Positions 1-10,191 of a stretch of DNA of 64,000 nucleotides are shown piece after piece. The translations under genes were made by a program, and so were the position numbers. This stretch comes from a virus, in IMG/VR virus record IMGVR_UViG_3300027969_002800, positions 1-64,000 of that record; one strand, written 5' to 3'. Position 1 is the first letter of the stretch; each line of letters starts with the position of its first letter. The notes beneath the pieces are model-generated. The model was not told the DNA's origin, ran no database searches, and saw only the letters and a list, made by a program, of their open reading frames with translations.

Positions 1-3000
1 AGTACAACAGAACTAGCTAATACAGCAGCAACAACACCACTGCCATCAGGGTGGAGTGGAACTAATCTGTTGACAGGTGGATACACTCACACTGCAGGAA
101 ATACAGCTGTGTTACTAGTTAATAATTTAACACCTACTGCAGGACAGAGTTATCAAATCGTATGCACACTTTCAGCAGGATCAACAGGTTCAGTTATAAT
201 AAACTTTGGAGGAGTGTCCAGTGCTTCATTAACTGCTACCACTACAACAATCCTAACTCCAATAAATGCAGCAATTAAGTTATCAATTACTCCATCAAAT
301 GACTTTGTTGGAACTGTATCGCTAAGTGTAAAACAGAGTTCGTCAGCACTTAATCAAATACAGCTACCAATAACTCTTGCCTCTGGAAAATCAGTATGGA
401 TAGACTGGGGAGATGGTCAGTATAGCACTGCAAACAGCACTAATATTATTCCAAATAGAATACACACGTATACAACACCAGGAGAGTATCCAGTAAGGGT
501 ATTTGGAGATGACTTCAGTTTTGGATTTGGAAGTCCAAATCAGGTTACTAATGATAGATTAAAAATAAAGTCTATATCTAGTTGGGGCAAATTAAAAATG
601 GGGTCATCTTCTTTTTTTGGTTGTTCTAATGTAACCATGTCTGGAATAACTGATATTCCTGATTTAATTGGAGTAACTAACTTATCAAATGCATTTAATA
701 CTTGTTCTAACTTAACTACTGTTGGTAGAATGAATGAATGGAATATGAGTAGTGTTACTAACCTACTTGGAATGTTTAGCAATTCAGGTAATTTTAATCA
801 ATGTATAGGTGGTTGGAATTTATCTAGTGTTACTACTTTTGAAGGAATGTTTTATAATTGTTTGGAATTTAACAATGGAGATAACAGCACACCATTAAAT
901 AATTGGATATTAAATACAACATCATCAGTGTCATTAAACTATCCATTTATTAATTGTAGAAAATTCAATAGATACATAGGTGATTGGAATACATCTAAAG
1001 TGAATATAATGGCAGACATGTTTCAAGGAGCTACAGTATTCAATAATGGATTTGCTGCTGGTGTTGGAACAGGAAACCAATTAAATTGGGATACATCTTC
1101 TTGTACTAATATGAGTAGAATGTTTGTAAGTGCTCCTGCATTTAACTCTAATGTATCATCATTTAATGTATCTAAAGTTACAACATTTAATCAAATGTTT
1201 ACTTATTGTAATGCATTTAATAATGGATTTGCATCTGGAGATGGAGTAGGAAATCAATTACCTTGGAATATAGGTGGTAATGTAACAGGTACAATTAGTA
1301 TGGAAGGTATATTTTCTTATGCTCCTGCATTTAATTCTAACTTAGGAACAGGGACAACACCATGGGATGTTAGTAAGGTGACAACATTTGCAAGTATGTT
1401 TAATGGAGCATCTAAGTTTAGAAATGGTGATGATACAGCTCCTATAAATAATTGGAATATAGGAGGAAGTGTAACATCAGTTACTTTAACTAGTATGTTT
1501 GCTAGTGCATCTGTTTTCAACAGAGATATTAGTAGTTGGAATGTAAGTAAGGCGACTAGTACTAGTGGTATGTTTTCTTTTGCTTCTGCCTTTAATCAAC
1601 CTATTGGGAATTGGGAAAGAAGTACAGTAGGGAATGTATCTACAATGGGCAATATTACTAATATGGGTAACATGTTCCAATATAGCTTAGCATTTAATCA
1701 AGATATTAATCTATGGAATGTAAATAAGGTGACATCATTTTATCAAATGTTCCAAGGGGCTAGAGATTTTAATAAAAATATTGGAGATTGGGATATAAAT
1801 ACTTTAGCAACATCAGTTGATATGACTGCTATGTTTTGGGTTGCCCCTAATTTCAATCAAGATATTAGTAAGTGGAACGTATCTAAAGTAACAGCATTTG
1901 TAAAAATGTTTGCTGGTGCTACTGCCTTTAATAATGGAGACAATAATCAAGAGAATCCAATAACTTTTAGAATTGGTATAAATGGATGGAACATAAATAC
2001 CGCTGCAACATCAGTTAGTATGTTTGATATGTTTAATGGTGCTTCTGCTTTTAATCGACTTATTGACTCTTGGAATGTAAGTAAGGTGACAAATATGGTA
2101 AGTATGTTTGAAAATGCTAGAGCATTTAATCAACCTCTTGCTGGATGGGAAAGAATTACACCAGATGTTTCTAGTTTAAGTAATGTTACCACTATGAGTA
2201 AGATGTTTTATCAAGCTTTCTTATTCAATCAACCTATTGGAAATTGGAATGTGAGTAATGTGACTGATATGAGTAATATGTTTGCTGGCTTTTTTAATGT
2301 TGGTTTTACTACTTTTAACCAAGACATTAGTAACTGGAATGTTAGCAATGTTACTACTATGGCTAGTATGTTTACATATAATAATGCATTTAATCAGGCA
2401 ATAAGTGGTTGGAATGTGCCCAAAGTTAATAGTTTCGCAAGCATGTTTAATACGAGCAGATACAACCAACCATTAAACTTGTTGAATATTGGTGGAGATT
2501 CTTCAGTAACAACAATAAATATGGCTTCTATGTTTCAGCGAAATGGTTATTTTAATCAAGACATAAGTATGTGGAATGTACCTAAGGTGACTAATATGTC
2601 TAATATGTTTTATAATGACTCGGCACCAGTTAGCACATTCAACCAACCTATAGGTTCTTGGGATGTGAGTAATGTTACTAATATGTCTAGTATGTTTACT
2701 GGTGCTAAAGCCTTCAACCAGCCTATTGGTTCTTGGGATGTGAGTAAAGTAACTAATATGTCTTCTATGTTTTCTAACCTATTCACCAATGCTAGTTCTA
2801 TGGACTTTAACCAAGACATAGGTTCATGGAATATAAGTAATGTTACTAGCTTTGCTAATTTTATGGCAGGAAAAACACCAGCTACATTCTCATCAACTAA
2901 CCTAGATGCTATATATAATGGATGGAGTGCATTACCAAGTGTTAAACCAAATATATCAATAAGTTTTGGATCTGCTAAGTATTCACAAGTTGGTAAACCA

Positions 3001-3279
3001 GGGAAAGATACATTATTAACAAGTCCGAATAATTGGACAATAGCAGATGGTTTATTAACAGTTTCTGGTACATCAAATAACGGAGGACTAATTAGAGTGA
3101 CAACAACTGCTGCTCATGGATTTACAACAGGAAATTCAGTTTATATATATGGAGTTAATGGAACAACAAATGCAAATGGAACATGGACAGTTACAGTAGT
3201 AAACACTACAGTAATAGAACTTCAAGGAAGTGCATACAACGCAGCATGGACTAGTGGTGGAAATGTAATATTAGGATAA
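1..3279 (+). CDS. DUF285/BspA-like repeat surface protein with PKD-like domain, 5'-truncated (likely virion adhesin/decoration protein)
   Basis: The frame is open from base 1. Many FNQxIxxWxVSxVTxMxxMF repeats; IDWGDG...HTYTTPGEY PKD-like segment; C-terminal TTTAAHGFTTG beta domain. Confidence 0.85.
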   Translation, partial: STTELANTAATTPLPSGWSGTNLLTGGYTHTAGNTAVLLVNNLTPTAGQSYQIVCTLSAGSTGSVIINFGGVSSASLTATTTTILTPINAAIKLSITPSNDFVGTVSLSVKQSSSALNQIQLPITLASGKSVWIDWGDGQYSTANSTNIIPNRIHTYTTPGEYPVRVFGDDFSFGFGSPNQVTNDRLKIKSISSWGKLKMGSSSFFGCSNVTMSGITDIPDLIGVTNLSNAFNTCSNLTTVGRMNEWNMSSVTNLLGMFSNSGNFNQCIGGWNLSSVTTFEGMFYNCLEFNNGDNSTPLNNWILNTTSSVSLNYPFINCRKFNRYIGDWNTSKVNIMADMFQGATVFNNGFAAGVGTGNQLNWDTSSCTNMSRMFVSAPAFNSNVSSFNVSKVTTFNQMFTYCNAFNNGFASGDGVGNQLPWNIGGNVTGTISMEGIFSYAPAFNSNLGTGTTPWDVSKVTTFASMFNGASKFRNGDDTAPINNWNIGGSVTSVTLTSMFASASVFNRDISSWNVSKATSTSGMFSFASAFNQPIGNWERSTVGNVSTMGNITNMGNMFQYSLAFNQDINLWNVNKVTSFYQMFQGARDFNKNIGDWDINTLATSVDMTAMFWVAPNFNQDISKWNVSKVTAFVKMFAGATAFNNGDNNQENPITFRIGINGWNINTAATSVSMFDMFNGASAFNRLIDSWNVSKVTNMVSMFENARAFNQPLAGWERITPDVSSLSNVTTMSKMFYQAFLFNQPIGNWNVSNVTDMSNMFAGFFNVGFTTFNQDISNWNVSNVTTMASMFTYNNAFNQAISGWNVPKVNSFASMFNTSRYNQPLNLLNIGGDSSVTTINMASMFQRNGYFNQDISMWNVPKVTNMSNMFYNDSAPVSTFNQPIGSWDVSNVTNMSSMFTGAKAFNQPIGSWDVSKVTNMSSMFSNLFTNASSMDFNQDIGSWNISNVTSFANFMAGKTPATFSSTNLDAIYNGWSALPSVKPNISISFGSAKYSQVGKPGKDTLLTSPNNWTIADGLLTVSGTSNNGGLIRVTTTAAHGFTTGNSVYIYGVNGTTNANGTWTVTVVNTTVIELQGSAYNAAWTSGGNVILG

Positions 3280-3297
3280 TAAATCAAATAAAATAAA

Positions 3298-4518
3298 ATG
3301 ACAGTATTAATAACATTAACAACAGCAGGTGCAGACACAGGACCATTTAATCTCTATTCAGATGTTAATGGATATGCGTATGCATTTGTATTAAACGTAA
3401 CCAAACAACAACTAACTGATGGTTATCCATCTGATATAGTTCCTGATGGTACAACCATAATCAAAGTTCAATCTGTTAATAGTTTATGTAATAATTTTAC
3501 ATTATTAAATGTTCCACCACCACCACCAACCACTACCACTACATCTAGCACTTCTACCAGTACAAGCACTAGTACCAGCACTAGTACCAGTACTAGTACA
3601 AGCACTTCTACATCAACAAGTACCAGTACTTCTACTAGCACTAGTACATCAACATCTACATCAACATCTACATCAACAAGCACTACTACTAGTACTACTA
3701 CTGCTACACCATGTACTCTTAGTATACTTTCTACATTAACTACAGATCCTGACAATCAAGCAGGAAATAATGGAACAGCAACAATAGTATTTCAAGGAGG
3801 AACTGCACCATTTACATATACATTAAATTCTGTAGCGCAAGGAGCTGCAATTTCTCCATTAGTTATTAATGGACTATCGGCATTAACATCTTACACTGTT
3901 GAAATAATAGATTCAAATCTATGTAATGATACTACAACATTTACATTAGGAGAAAGTACATTCTATTTTGATGCAGATTATATAATGTTAACGTATGAAT
4001 TTACAGATGGTCGAGATCTTGATACAAAAACTAGAATGGCTATTCCTAATATAGGACAAAATAGTCCAGTTGATTATTTAGGATACCTTGATCCAGATAC
4101 TGTTTTTCAATGGCCACCACTTTCTGCATCTCCTATATTAGCTTTTGGTGGTGATAATCTTGGAACTGGGTTTGAATCTATTTTAATAGACATTAACGAA
4201 TTTAAAATAGATTATCCATCAGCAACTAGTTTTACTGTAGATGCTAGATGTTTGTGGTTTGTACCTGATGAAATAGGAATAAATCCTGTAAATGTAGCTG
4301 CTACATTGTGGAAGGGTGGGACACCTGTACAAGATGGATGTGATGGTTTTTGTTGGACAAATCCAACAGCAACTAATACAGGTAGTATAGATTCTGTTGG
4401 TATTGTAATTACAAGTACTGATCGGACTAGAGGTCAAAGAGCTGCAACATTAACATATAACTTAGTAACAAAGATAGGTATATTAAATAATAATGATACA
4501 ACAACACCTGTTGTTTAA
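3298..4518 (+). CDS. Decoration/fibre protein: shared N-terminal module, P5T6(ST)n linker, SprB-like repeat
   Basis: N-terminal LITLTTAGADTGPFNLYSD; long Ser/Thr tract; NNGTATIVFQGGTAPFTY...YTVEIIDSNLC resembles an SprB repeat. Confidence 0.7.
   Translation: MTVLITLTTAGADTGPFNLYSDVNGYAYAFVLNVTKQQLTDGYPSDIVPDGTTIIKVQSVNSLCNNFTLLNVPPPPPTTTTTSSTSTSTSTSTSTSTSTSTSTSTSTSTSTSTSTSTSTSTSTSTSTSTTTSTTTATPCTLSILSTLTTDPDNQAGNNGTATIVFQGGTAPFTYTLNSVAQGAAISPLVINGLSALTSYTVEIIDSNLCNDTTTFTLGESTFYFDADYIMLTYEFTDGRDLDTKTRMAIPNIGQNSPVDYLGYLDPDTVFQWPPLSASPILAFGGDNLGTGFESILIDINEFKIDYPSATSFTVDARCLWFVPDEIGINPVNVAATLWKGGTPVQDGCDGFCWTNPTATNTGSIDSVGIVITSTDRTRGQRAATLTYNLVTKIGILNNNDTTTPVV
3530..3705 (+). repeat. Low-complexity Thr/Ser codon repeat (ACTAGT/ACATCA-type units)
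   Basis: Directly visible; encodes TTTTTSSTSTSTS... Confidence 0.9.
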
Positions 4519-4534
4519 TATAATATAAAACCAA

Positions 4535-5869
4535 ATGAATTTACTTATAACATTAACAAGCGCAGGTCTTAATTCTGGACCATTTAATTTGTATTCAGAT
4601 ACTGATAATTATTTTACAGCATTTGAATCTGATGTACCTAAACAAGATTTATTAGATGGCTATATATCCACTCTAATTCCTGATGGGACAACAATAGTTA
4701 GAGTGATATCTGATAATCCTTTATGTACTAATTATGCAGATTTATCTATAGTTGTTCCTACTACAACAACTACCACTACAATAGCAGCTACTTATTGCGT
4801 AAACTGGACAGCATCAAATGAAGGAAACATAAAAATGTCTACTCAAGGGTATATTGATTTTACAGCAATATTAGCTGGAAGAACTATAGCAACTGGACTT
4901 TCTACAGGAACAATTATTGGATATATAGTTGCTGGTGTTGGAACATTTACTTGTTCTATTCCTATGACATTTACTACATCTAAAGCAGAATGGGATACAG
5001 ACACACTTCCTGCAGTTGAAGATAACGTGCTAACTTCTTTAGTATACAATGTAGAAGTGGTGTTTAATAATTCTGATGAGTATTCAATAGTTGCTGGACA
5101 AACAAATGCAGTTGTAATTCCTGGACAATTAACTTCAGAATATAATGATTGTCCTGTGCCTACAACTACTACAACATCATCAAGTAGTAGTAGTACATCA
5201 ACCTCGACATCAACATCAACATCTACAAGTACAACTAGCACTAGTAGTTCAACAACAACTACTACCACTACAGTAATACCTACTATACTTATTTGTGATC
5301 AAATATGGACTACTATAAACCTTGATGTAACCACATACAGAGATGGTACGGTTATACCTGAAGTAACTGACGCAGAGGAGTGGGGTGACTTGACAACAGG
5401 TGCTTGGTGCTATTATGAAAACAATACAGCAAATGGTCCTATATATGGTAAATTGTACAATTGGTATGCTGTTGCAGGAATTGACGGTAGTGGAATACCA
5501 AGGAGTTTAGCTCCTGCAGGTTATCACGTACCTTCAGATGCCGAATGGACAACTTTAACCAATACTTGTTTAGGTGGTGAAGCTATTGCGGGAGGACCAA
5601 TGAAGGAAACAGGATTTTCACATTGGAGTAGTCCTAATACAAACGCTACTAATAGTAGTGGTTTTACAGGTCTTCCAGGTGGATATCGTGAGGATGTTGG
5701 AGCATTAGACTTTGTAGGTATTAATGAGCTTGGTATGTGGTGGAGTTCTACAGAAGACAATATTGGTTCAAGCTCCTTTTTCCGCTTCCTGTCTCACACC
5801 TCTGGTGTAGCATACCGCATCAGTTATCCTCAAGGTTACGGTTACTCAGTAAGATTAATACAAGATTAA
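4535..5869 (+). CDS. Decoration/receptor-binding protein with shared N-terminal module, Thr/Ser linkers and C-terminal FISUMP (Fib_succ_major) domain
   Basis: QIWTTINLDVTTYRDG, YGKLYNWYAV, APAGYHVPSDAEW, WWSST, GYSVRLIQD. Confidence 0.85.
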   Translation: MNLLITLTSAGLNSGPFNLYSDTDNYFTAFESDVPKQDLLDGYISTLIPDGTTIVRVISDNPLCTNYADLSIVVPTTTTTTTIAATYCVNWTASNEGNIKMSTQGYIDFTAILAGRTIATGLSTGTIIGYIVAGVGTFTCSIPMTFTTSKAEWDTDTLPAVEDNVLTSLVYNVEVVFNNSDEYSIVAGQTNAVVIPGQLTSEYNDCPVPTTTTTSSSSSSTSTSTSTSTSTSTTSTSSSTTTTTTTVIPTILICDQIWTTINLDVTTYRDGTVIPEVTDAEEWGDLTTGAWCYYENNTANGPIYGKLYNWYAVAGIDGSGIPRSLAPAGYHVPSDAEWTTLTNTCLGGEAIAGGPMKETGFSHWSSPNTNATNSSGFTGLPGGYREDVGALDFVGINELGMWWSSTEDNIGSSSFFRFLSHTSGVAYRISYPQGYGYSVRLIQD

Positions 5870-5885
5870 TAAAAAATAAAACCAA

Positions 5886-7553
5886 ATGATAATATTTTTA
5901 ACATTAACAACCGCTGGATCTGATTCAGGTCCATTCAATCTTTACTCTGACTCAGATGGATATACAATTCCATTTGACACAGATGTATTTAAATATTCAT
6001 TAGAAGCAGGATATTCAACAACTGCACCAGATGGTACACAAGTTGTCAAAGTTGTATCTACAGGAGTTTGTATCAATTCTACATATATAACACTAGCATT
6101 GCCAGATTGTATATTAGCTGGATATCTTGAAACTGTACTTAATGCTACATCAGTTACTTTTATTACAAATGAAGATACTAATTTCACTATACAATTATTA
6201 GGAGAAGCAGGGAATCCTAATCCAGATTATATAATAACATCTTTGCCTAACACTTTACAAGGAGATATATATGATCCAGGTACAGGTTTAAAAATAACAA
6301 CTGTGCCATATACATTAGTTAGTTCTGGAACAACGGTATTATTTGATCCTGCAGAACATTATTTTGGAAATGTTGATTCATTTAATTTTCAATTATTTCA
6401 AGATTTATATTATAGTAATGTAGCTACAGTGACAGGACTAGTGTTAGCAGTTAACGATTCTCCTATATTTGATCAACTTGCACCATTGTATGATGGATTA
6501 CCTGGAGGAACCTATACATACACAGGCACAGTGTCTGATCCAGATAATCCACTTCTTCCATTAGTTGTAACTTTTGTACCAACAGTGTTGATGCCTAATT
6601 TGCCTTCAGGATGGACACTTGTTCAAACTCCTGGTACTAATCAATTCACGCTTACAGGACCTGTTCCTTCTGGTGCAGATTATTCTATAACCTTACAAGT
6701 ATCCGATGGAATCCTAGTGACCCAACAGTTAGTTACCGTTAATTCAGTATATTCTACATTGGCTAGCATGGAGTTTAAAGTTAATTATAGAGCTGCTGTA
6801 GCTCCTTCAGGAGTGGCACAGTCTCCTGAAACAACAGGTAATGGTATTACAATATCTACATCTGCAATAAATGGTGGCCATGTTTGTAATAGAGCACAAT
6901 TTAATTTAGTTGCAGGAATATATGCAGATGTAAATAGTGGTCAGTGGCAATGGTCAGACTTAGGTAAAGCAAATTTAAACAACAATGGTGTTAACCCTGT
7001 TCCTTTTAATCCTGGTGTGTCTGCTTACAATTTATTTGATAATAGAATTTCACAAGCAGCAGATCTTGCTTATGGAACTGCAGTAGACCCATCTTGGGTA
7101 AATGTTGCGGCTGGAATGGGATTAGATCCAGGAGCAGCTGGTAGACCAGTTAAAATTTATGATGCTGGAAATCCATTAACATTTTATAATGTTTACGCTG
7201 TTAATACTGAGCCATCCTCTGCTGATAGAACAACTTATTTTAAAATATCAAATGCTATAGCTACAAGTTTAGCAACTGAATCAAATTGGGGAGGTTCTTC
7301 TAATATTAATAGAGGAGTAGTTAAATTTAAGTTAGTATCAAATAATTATACTCCTGCTGGTATACACAATCCTCACTCAGGAAATTTTGGATGGTTACAA
7401 GTGTTTAAGAGCAATAATAATTCACAAGCTTTAAATCAAGAAGAAGTTTTAGTTAATGGTGCAAGTTTTATTATGACTGGACAGGTTGGTGTTGGAAATG
7501 TAACAATAACAGTTAACATATTAACTAATCAAGTATCAGTAGCTAGTGAGTAG
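5886..7553 (+). CDS. Decoration protein with shared N-terminal module and Ig/cadherin-like domains
   Basis: LTLTTAGSDSGPFNLYSD; TNEDT...YFGNVDSFNF...VNDSPIF is a Big_9/cadherin-like pattern. Confidence 0.7.
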   Translation: MIIFLTLTTAGSDSGPFNLYSDSDGYTIPFDTDVFKYSLEAGYSTTAPDGTQVVKVVSTGVCINSTYITLALPDCILAGYLETVLNATSVTFITNEDTNFTIQLLGEAGNPNPDYIITSLPNTLQGDIYDPGTGLKITTVPYTLVSSGTTVLFDPAEHYFGNVDSFNFQLFQDLYYSNVATVTGLVLAVNDSPIFDQLAPLYDGLPGGTYTYTGTVSDPDNPLLPLVVTFVPTVLMPNLPSGWTLVQTPGTNQFTLTGPVPSGADYSITLQVSDGILVTQQLVTVNSVYSTLASMEFKVNYRAAVAPSGVAQSPETTGNGITISTSAINGGHVCNRAQFNLVAGIYADVNSGQWQWSDLGKANLNNNGVNPVPFNPGVSAYNLFDNRISQAADLAYGTAVDPSWVNVAAGMGLDPGAAGRPVKIYDAGNPLTFYNVYAVNTEPSSADRTTYFKISNAIATSLATESNWGGSSNINRGVVKFKLVSNNYTPAGIHNPHSGNFGWLQVFKSNNNSQALNQEEVLVNGASFIMTGQVGVGNVTITVNILTNQVSVASE

Positions 7554-7614
7554 TTGTTGAAGTATCAATACATAATATAAAAAAAATCTGAGTTTGTTGG
7601 TTTTCTTAGATTTT

Positions 7615-7647
7615 CTCCTCAAGATATTCTTGGGGAGTTTTTGTTTT
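7615..7647 (+). terminator. Rho-independent terminator
   Basis: CTCCTCAAGA-TAT-TCTTGGGGAG followed by TTTTTGTTTT. Confidence 0.85.
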
Positions 7648-7723
7648 ATAACTATTTTGATTATAAAGAATAACCTATTTGATTAAATTTATTTGCATAG
7701 TAAGAAAACTATTTTTATCTTTA
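7647..7723 (+). promoter_or_regulatory. Bacteroidota-type promoter (TTTG...TATCTTTA) with upstream TAAC-N7-ATTA repeats
   Basis: Aligns without gaps to 21951-22027. Confidence 0.55.
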
Positions 7724-7751
7724 CCCTAATTTTAAGTAAACTAAACTAAAT

Positions 7752-8975
7752 ATGACTGAGAATCAAGATTTATTATTCAGGTTAGAGGAGTTATTAAGCA
7801 TGAAGAAAAGTAAAAAGTTCTATGCAGAAAGATTAGGAATAAGTGAACATGAAGTGAACGAACTTCTAAAGGAACTTAGAGAGAAAGACGAACCACATAT
7901 AGAAGTAATTAAGAATTATATAGAAGAATCACGTAAGGTAAATGTTGAGAAGGGTACAATAGAAAGCACTATCACTAGTGACTTTGATCCAAAGGATGAT
8001 ATTGAACTAGCAGCATTACACAAAATAAATTTAGATAAATACATCATTACCAACTACTGGTCTAAGATGTTACCAAGTGGGAAGTTTACATCTTCTATCT
8101 TTAGTAAAAGAAAACAAGCCCAAGATTACTCCCCTGAAGACTTTGCTAAGTTTTTAGAAAACTACAAACCAAACAATATAGATGTTATTAAACCAGAACA
8201 CGTTCTTATTAAAGAGCATGTAGACGTAGAAATATCTATTTCTGATTTTCATTTAGCTAAGAAACATGTAGATGGAGATAATGATCCTGCAAGTAGAGCA
8301 CTAAGATATTTCAATGTAGCACAATCTTTGATACATAAGGTGAGAGCTAATTACAATATAGACACTGTTATCCTTCCTATATCGAATGATTTCTTCCACA
8401 CTGATAACTATCAACACCAAACTACAAATGGTACCCCACAGGACACTATAATAGATTATGCAGATGAATATGAATTAGGCTTTGCAGTTCTTGTAGATAC
8501 AATCAATATGTTGAGACAGAATGCAAATGATGTGAAGGTAGTACTTGTACAAGGTAATCATGACAGAACTAAATCATTCTACTTAGCACATGCACTAGAT
8601 GTGTATTTCAAAGACTACTTTGATGTAGATTTTGATAGAGCACATAGCATAATAAAAGGACATGTTGTTGGTAATACATTCATAGGATGGCACCATGGTA
8701 ATTGCAAACTAGATGATCTTCCTTTATTGTTTGCTACACACAAAGATTTTAGTCAAGCATTTGGTAATGCTAATTACAGAGAGATACATACAGGTGATAA
8801 ACATCACTACATGGCAAAAGAATTAAAAGGAGTGAGAATACAACAAATGCCTAGCTTGTCTGGTACAGATAGATGGCACTTAGATAATAACTTCGTACAC
8901 TCAGTACGTGCAGCTCTTGCTCTAGTTTATGATAGAGAACTAGGAAAAATAGCAGAGTTTGAAACTCGAATATAA
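7752..8975 (+). CDS. Calcineurin-like metallophosphoesterase with N-terminal HTH
   Basis: SDFH, NDFFH, QGNHD, WHHG and GDKHH motifs; AERLGISEHEV HTH-like segment. Confidence 0.85.
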   Translation: MTENQDLLFRLEELLSMKKSKKFYAERLGISEHEVNELLKELREKDEPHIEVIKNYIEESRKVNVEKGTIESTITSDFDPKDDIELAALHKINLDKYIITNYWSKMLPSGKFTSSIFSKRKQAQDYSPEDFAKFLENYKPNNIDVIKPEHVLIKEHVDVEISISDFHLAKKHVDGDNDPASRALRYFNVAQSLIHKVRANYNIDTVILPISNDFFHTDNYQHQTTNGTPQDTIIDYADEYELGFAVLVDTINMLRQNANDVKVVLVQGNHDRTKSFYLAHALDVYFKDYFDVDFDRAHSIIKGHVVGNTFIGWHHGNCKLDDLPLLFATHKDFSQAFGNANYREIHTGDKHHYMAKELKGVRIQQMPSLSGTDRWHLDNNFVHSVRAALALVYDRELGKIAEFETRI

Positions 8976-8977
8976 TT

Positions 8978-9706
8978 ATGGCAACATTACGGAAATTAGT
9001 ATCAGATGTTAGAAGTGTCCACAAGATACTTTCTACAGACTCATTGATAACAGATAGAGCAATTGCTTCTGAGATAAGAAACAACTCTTTACTATTAATC
9101 AAGAGAGAAACAAATCTTAGAAAGCTATGGGCTACAGATACATTGTTTACAACAATTCCTTGTTTGGAAATGATTGAAGTTCCTATTTCTGAATGTTCTG
9201 AGTATGTGGATCCTTGTTCTGTTGCAAGAACTAGATTTAAACTTCCACGCATATCTGAAGGAAACTATCAGTATGTTATACAGGGAGTTTATTCTATTAA
9301 TGCAATGAGTGGAAGTGGAAGAAAACTAAAAGAAATTACAGTTAATAGATACATCAATCTATTGAAACTTCCTGTAATTAAAAAAGAAGAATACTTCTGG
9401 ATATCTAATGGATATTTATATGTAAGTAACCCACTTCTTAAAGCAGTTAGATTTGTAGCTTTCTTTGAAGAAGATGTAGATAATGAAATCATGTATCCAG
9501 AATGTGGATGCGGAACTCCTGATTATACAAATGAACAATTATGTATGAATCCTTTAGATAAAGAGTTTCCTCTTCCTGGATATTTAGAACAACAAGTCCT
9601 TGAGTTAACATCTAAGAAACTTCTATCTACTTACTTCCAAATTAAAACAGATATAACTCAAGAAGGAATAGATGGACAAGCTCCAAATTCAAAATCAACT
9701 AATTAA
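8978..9706 (+). CDS. Putative tail ring/tubular protein (crAss-like)
   Basis: Size and position before the IHF-like and muzzle genes match crAss-like synteny; inference. Confidence 0.55.
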   Translation: MATLRKLVSDVRSVHKILSTDSLITDRAIASEIRNNSLLLIKRETNLRKLWATDTLFTTIPCLEMIEVPISECSEYVDPCSVARTRFKLPRISEGNYQYVIQGVYSINAMSGSGRKLKEITVNRYINLLKLPVIKKEEYFWISNGYLYVSNPLLKAVRFVAFFEEDVDNEIMYPECGCGTPDYTNEQLCMNPLDKEFPLPGYLEQQVLELTSKKLLSTYFQIKTDITQEGIDGQAPNSKSTN

Positions 9707-10185
9707 TGAGTAGAGTTAAAGTGGACTGGAGATCTTCTAGTAAAGATAATTACAATTTATTTTGTAAGAGTCATCCATCTATTAAACTTACATACGATGA
9801 ATGGAGAAACATTATATATACATATAATGAATTCTTCAAAGAATACATATTAGAGACTGGTGAAAAAGCAAGACTACCTTATGGCTTTGGAGAGTTCTCT
9901 ATCAACAAGAAGAAAAGAAGAAAGATGAAAGGCATAGATGGGAAAGAGTTTATTAACTTACCTATTGACTGGCAAAAGACTAAAGAGAAAGGAAAGGTTA
10001 TCTACAATTTCAATTATCACACAGAAGGATATTTCTTTGGTTGGATGTGGTTTAAACAATCTGCACGTTTTAAGAATTCTGACCTTTGGTATTTCAAACC
10101 TTCAAGACTCACCTCAAGACTTCTATCACATTACTTAAAGACCAACGACAAGTATCAACACATTTACAACGAATGGAAAAAATAA
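9706..10185 (+). CDS. HU/IHF-like DNA-binding protein
   Basis: ILETGEKARLPYGFGEFSINKKK HU-like signature; position typical of crAss-like tail modules. Confidence 0.65.
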   Translation: MSRVKVDWRSSSKDNYNLFCKSHPSIKLTYDEWRNIIYTYNEFFKEYILETGEKARLPYGFGEFSINKKKRRKMKGIDGKEFINLPIDWQKTKEKGKVIYNFNYHTEGYFFGWMWFKQSARFKNSDLWYFKPSRLTSRLLSHYLKTNDKYQHIYNEWKK

Positions 10186-10191
10186 TGAACT

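Noticed and set aside
3468-5268. Val-rich antisense and His/Leu-rich alternate-frame ORFs (3468-3755, 3509-3739, 4843-5268)
   Set aside because: These are shadows of the Thr/Ser codon repeats, which lack stops in other frames.
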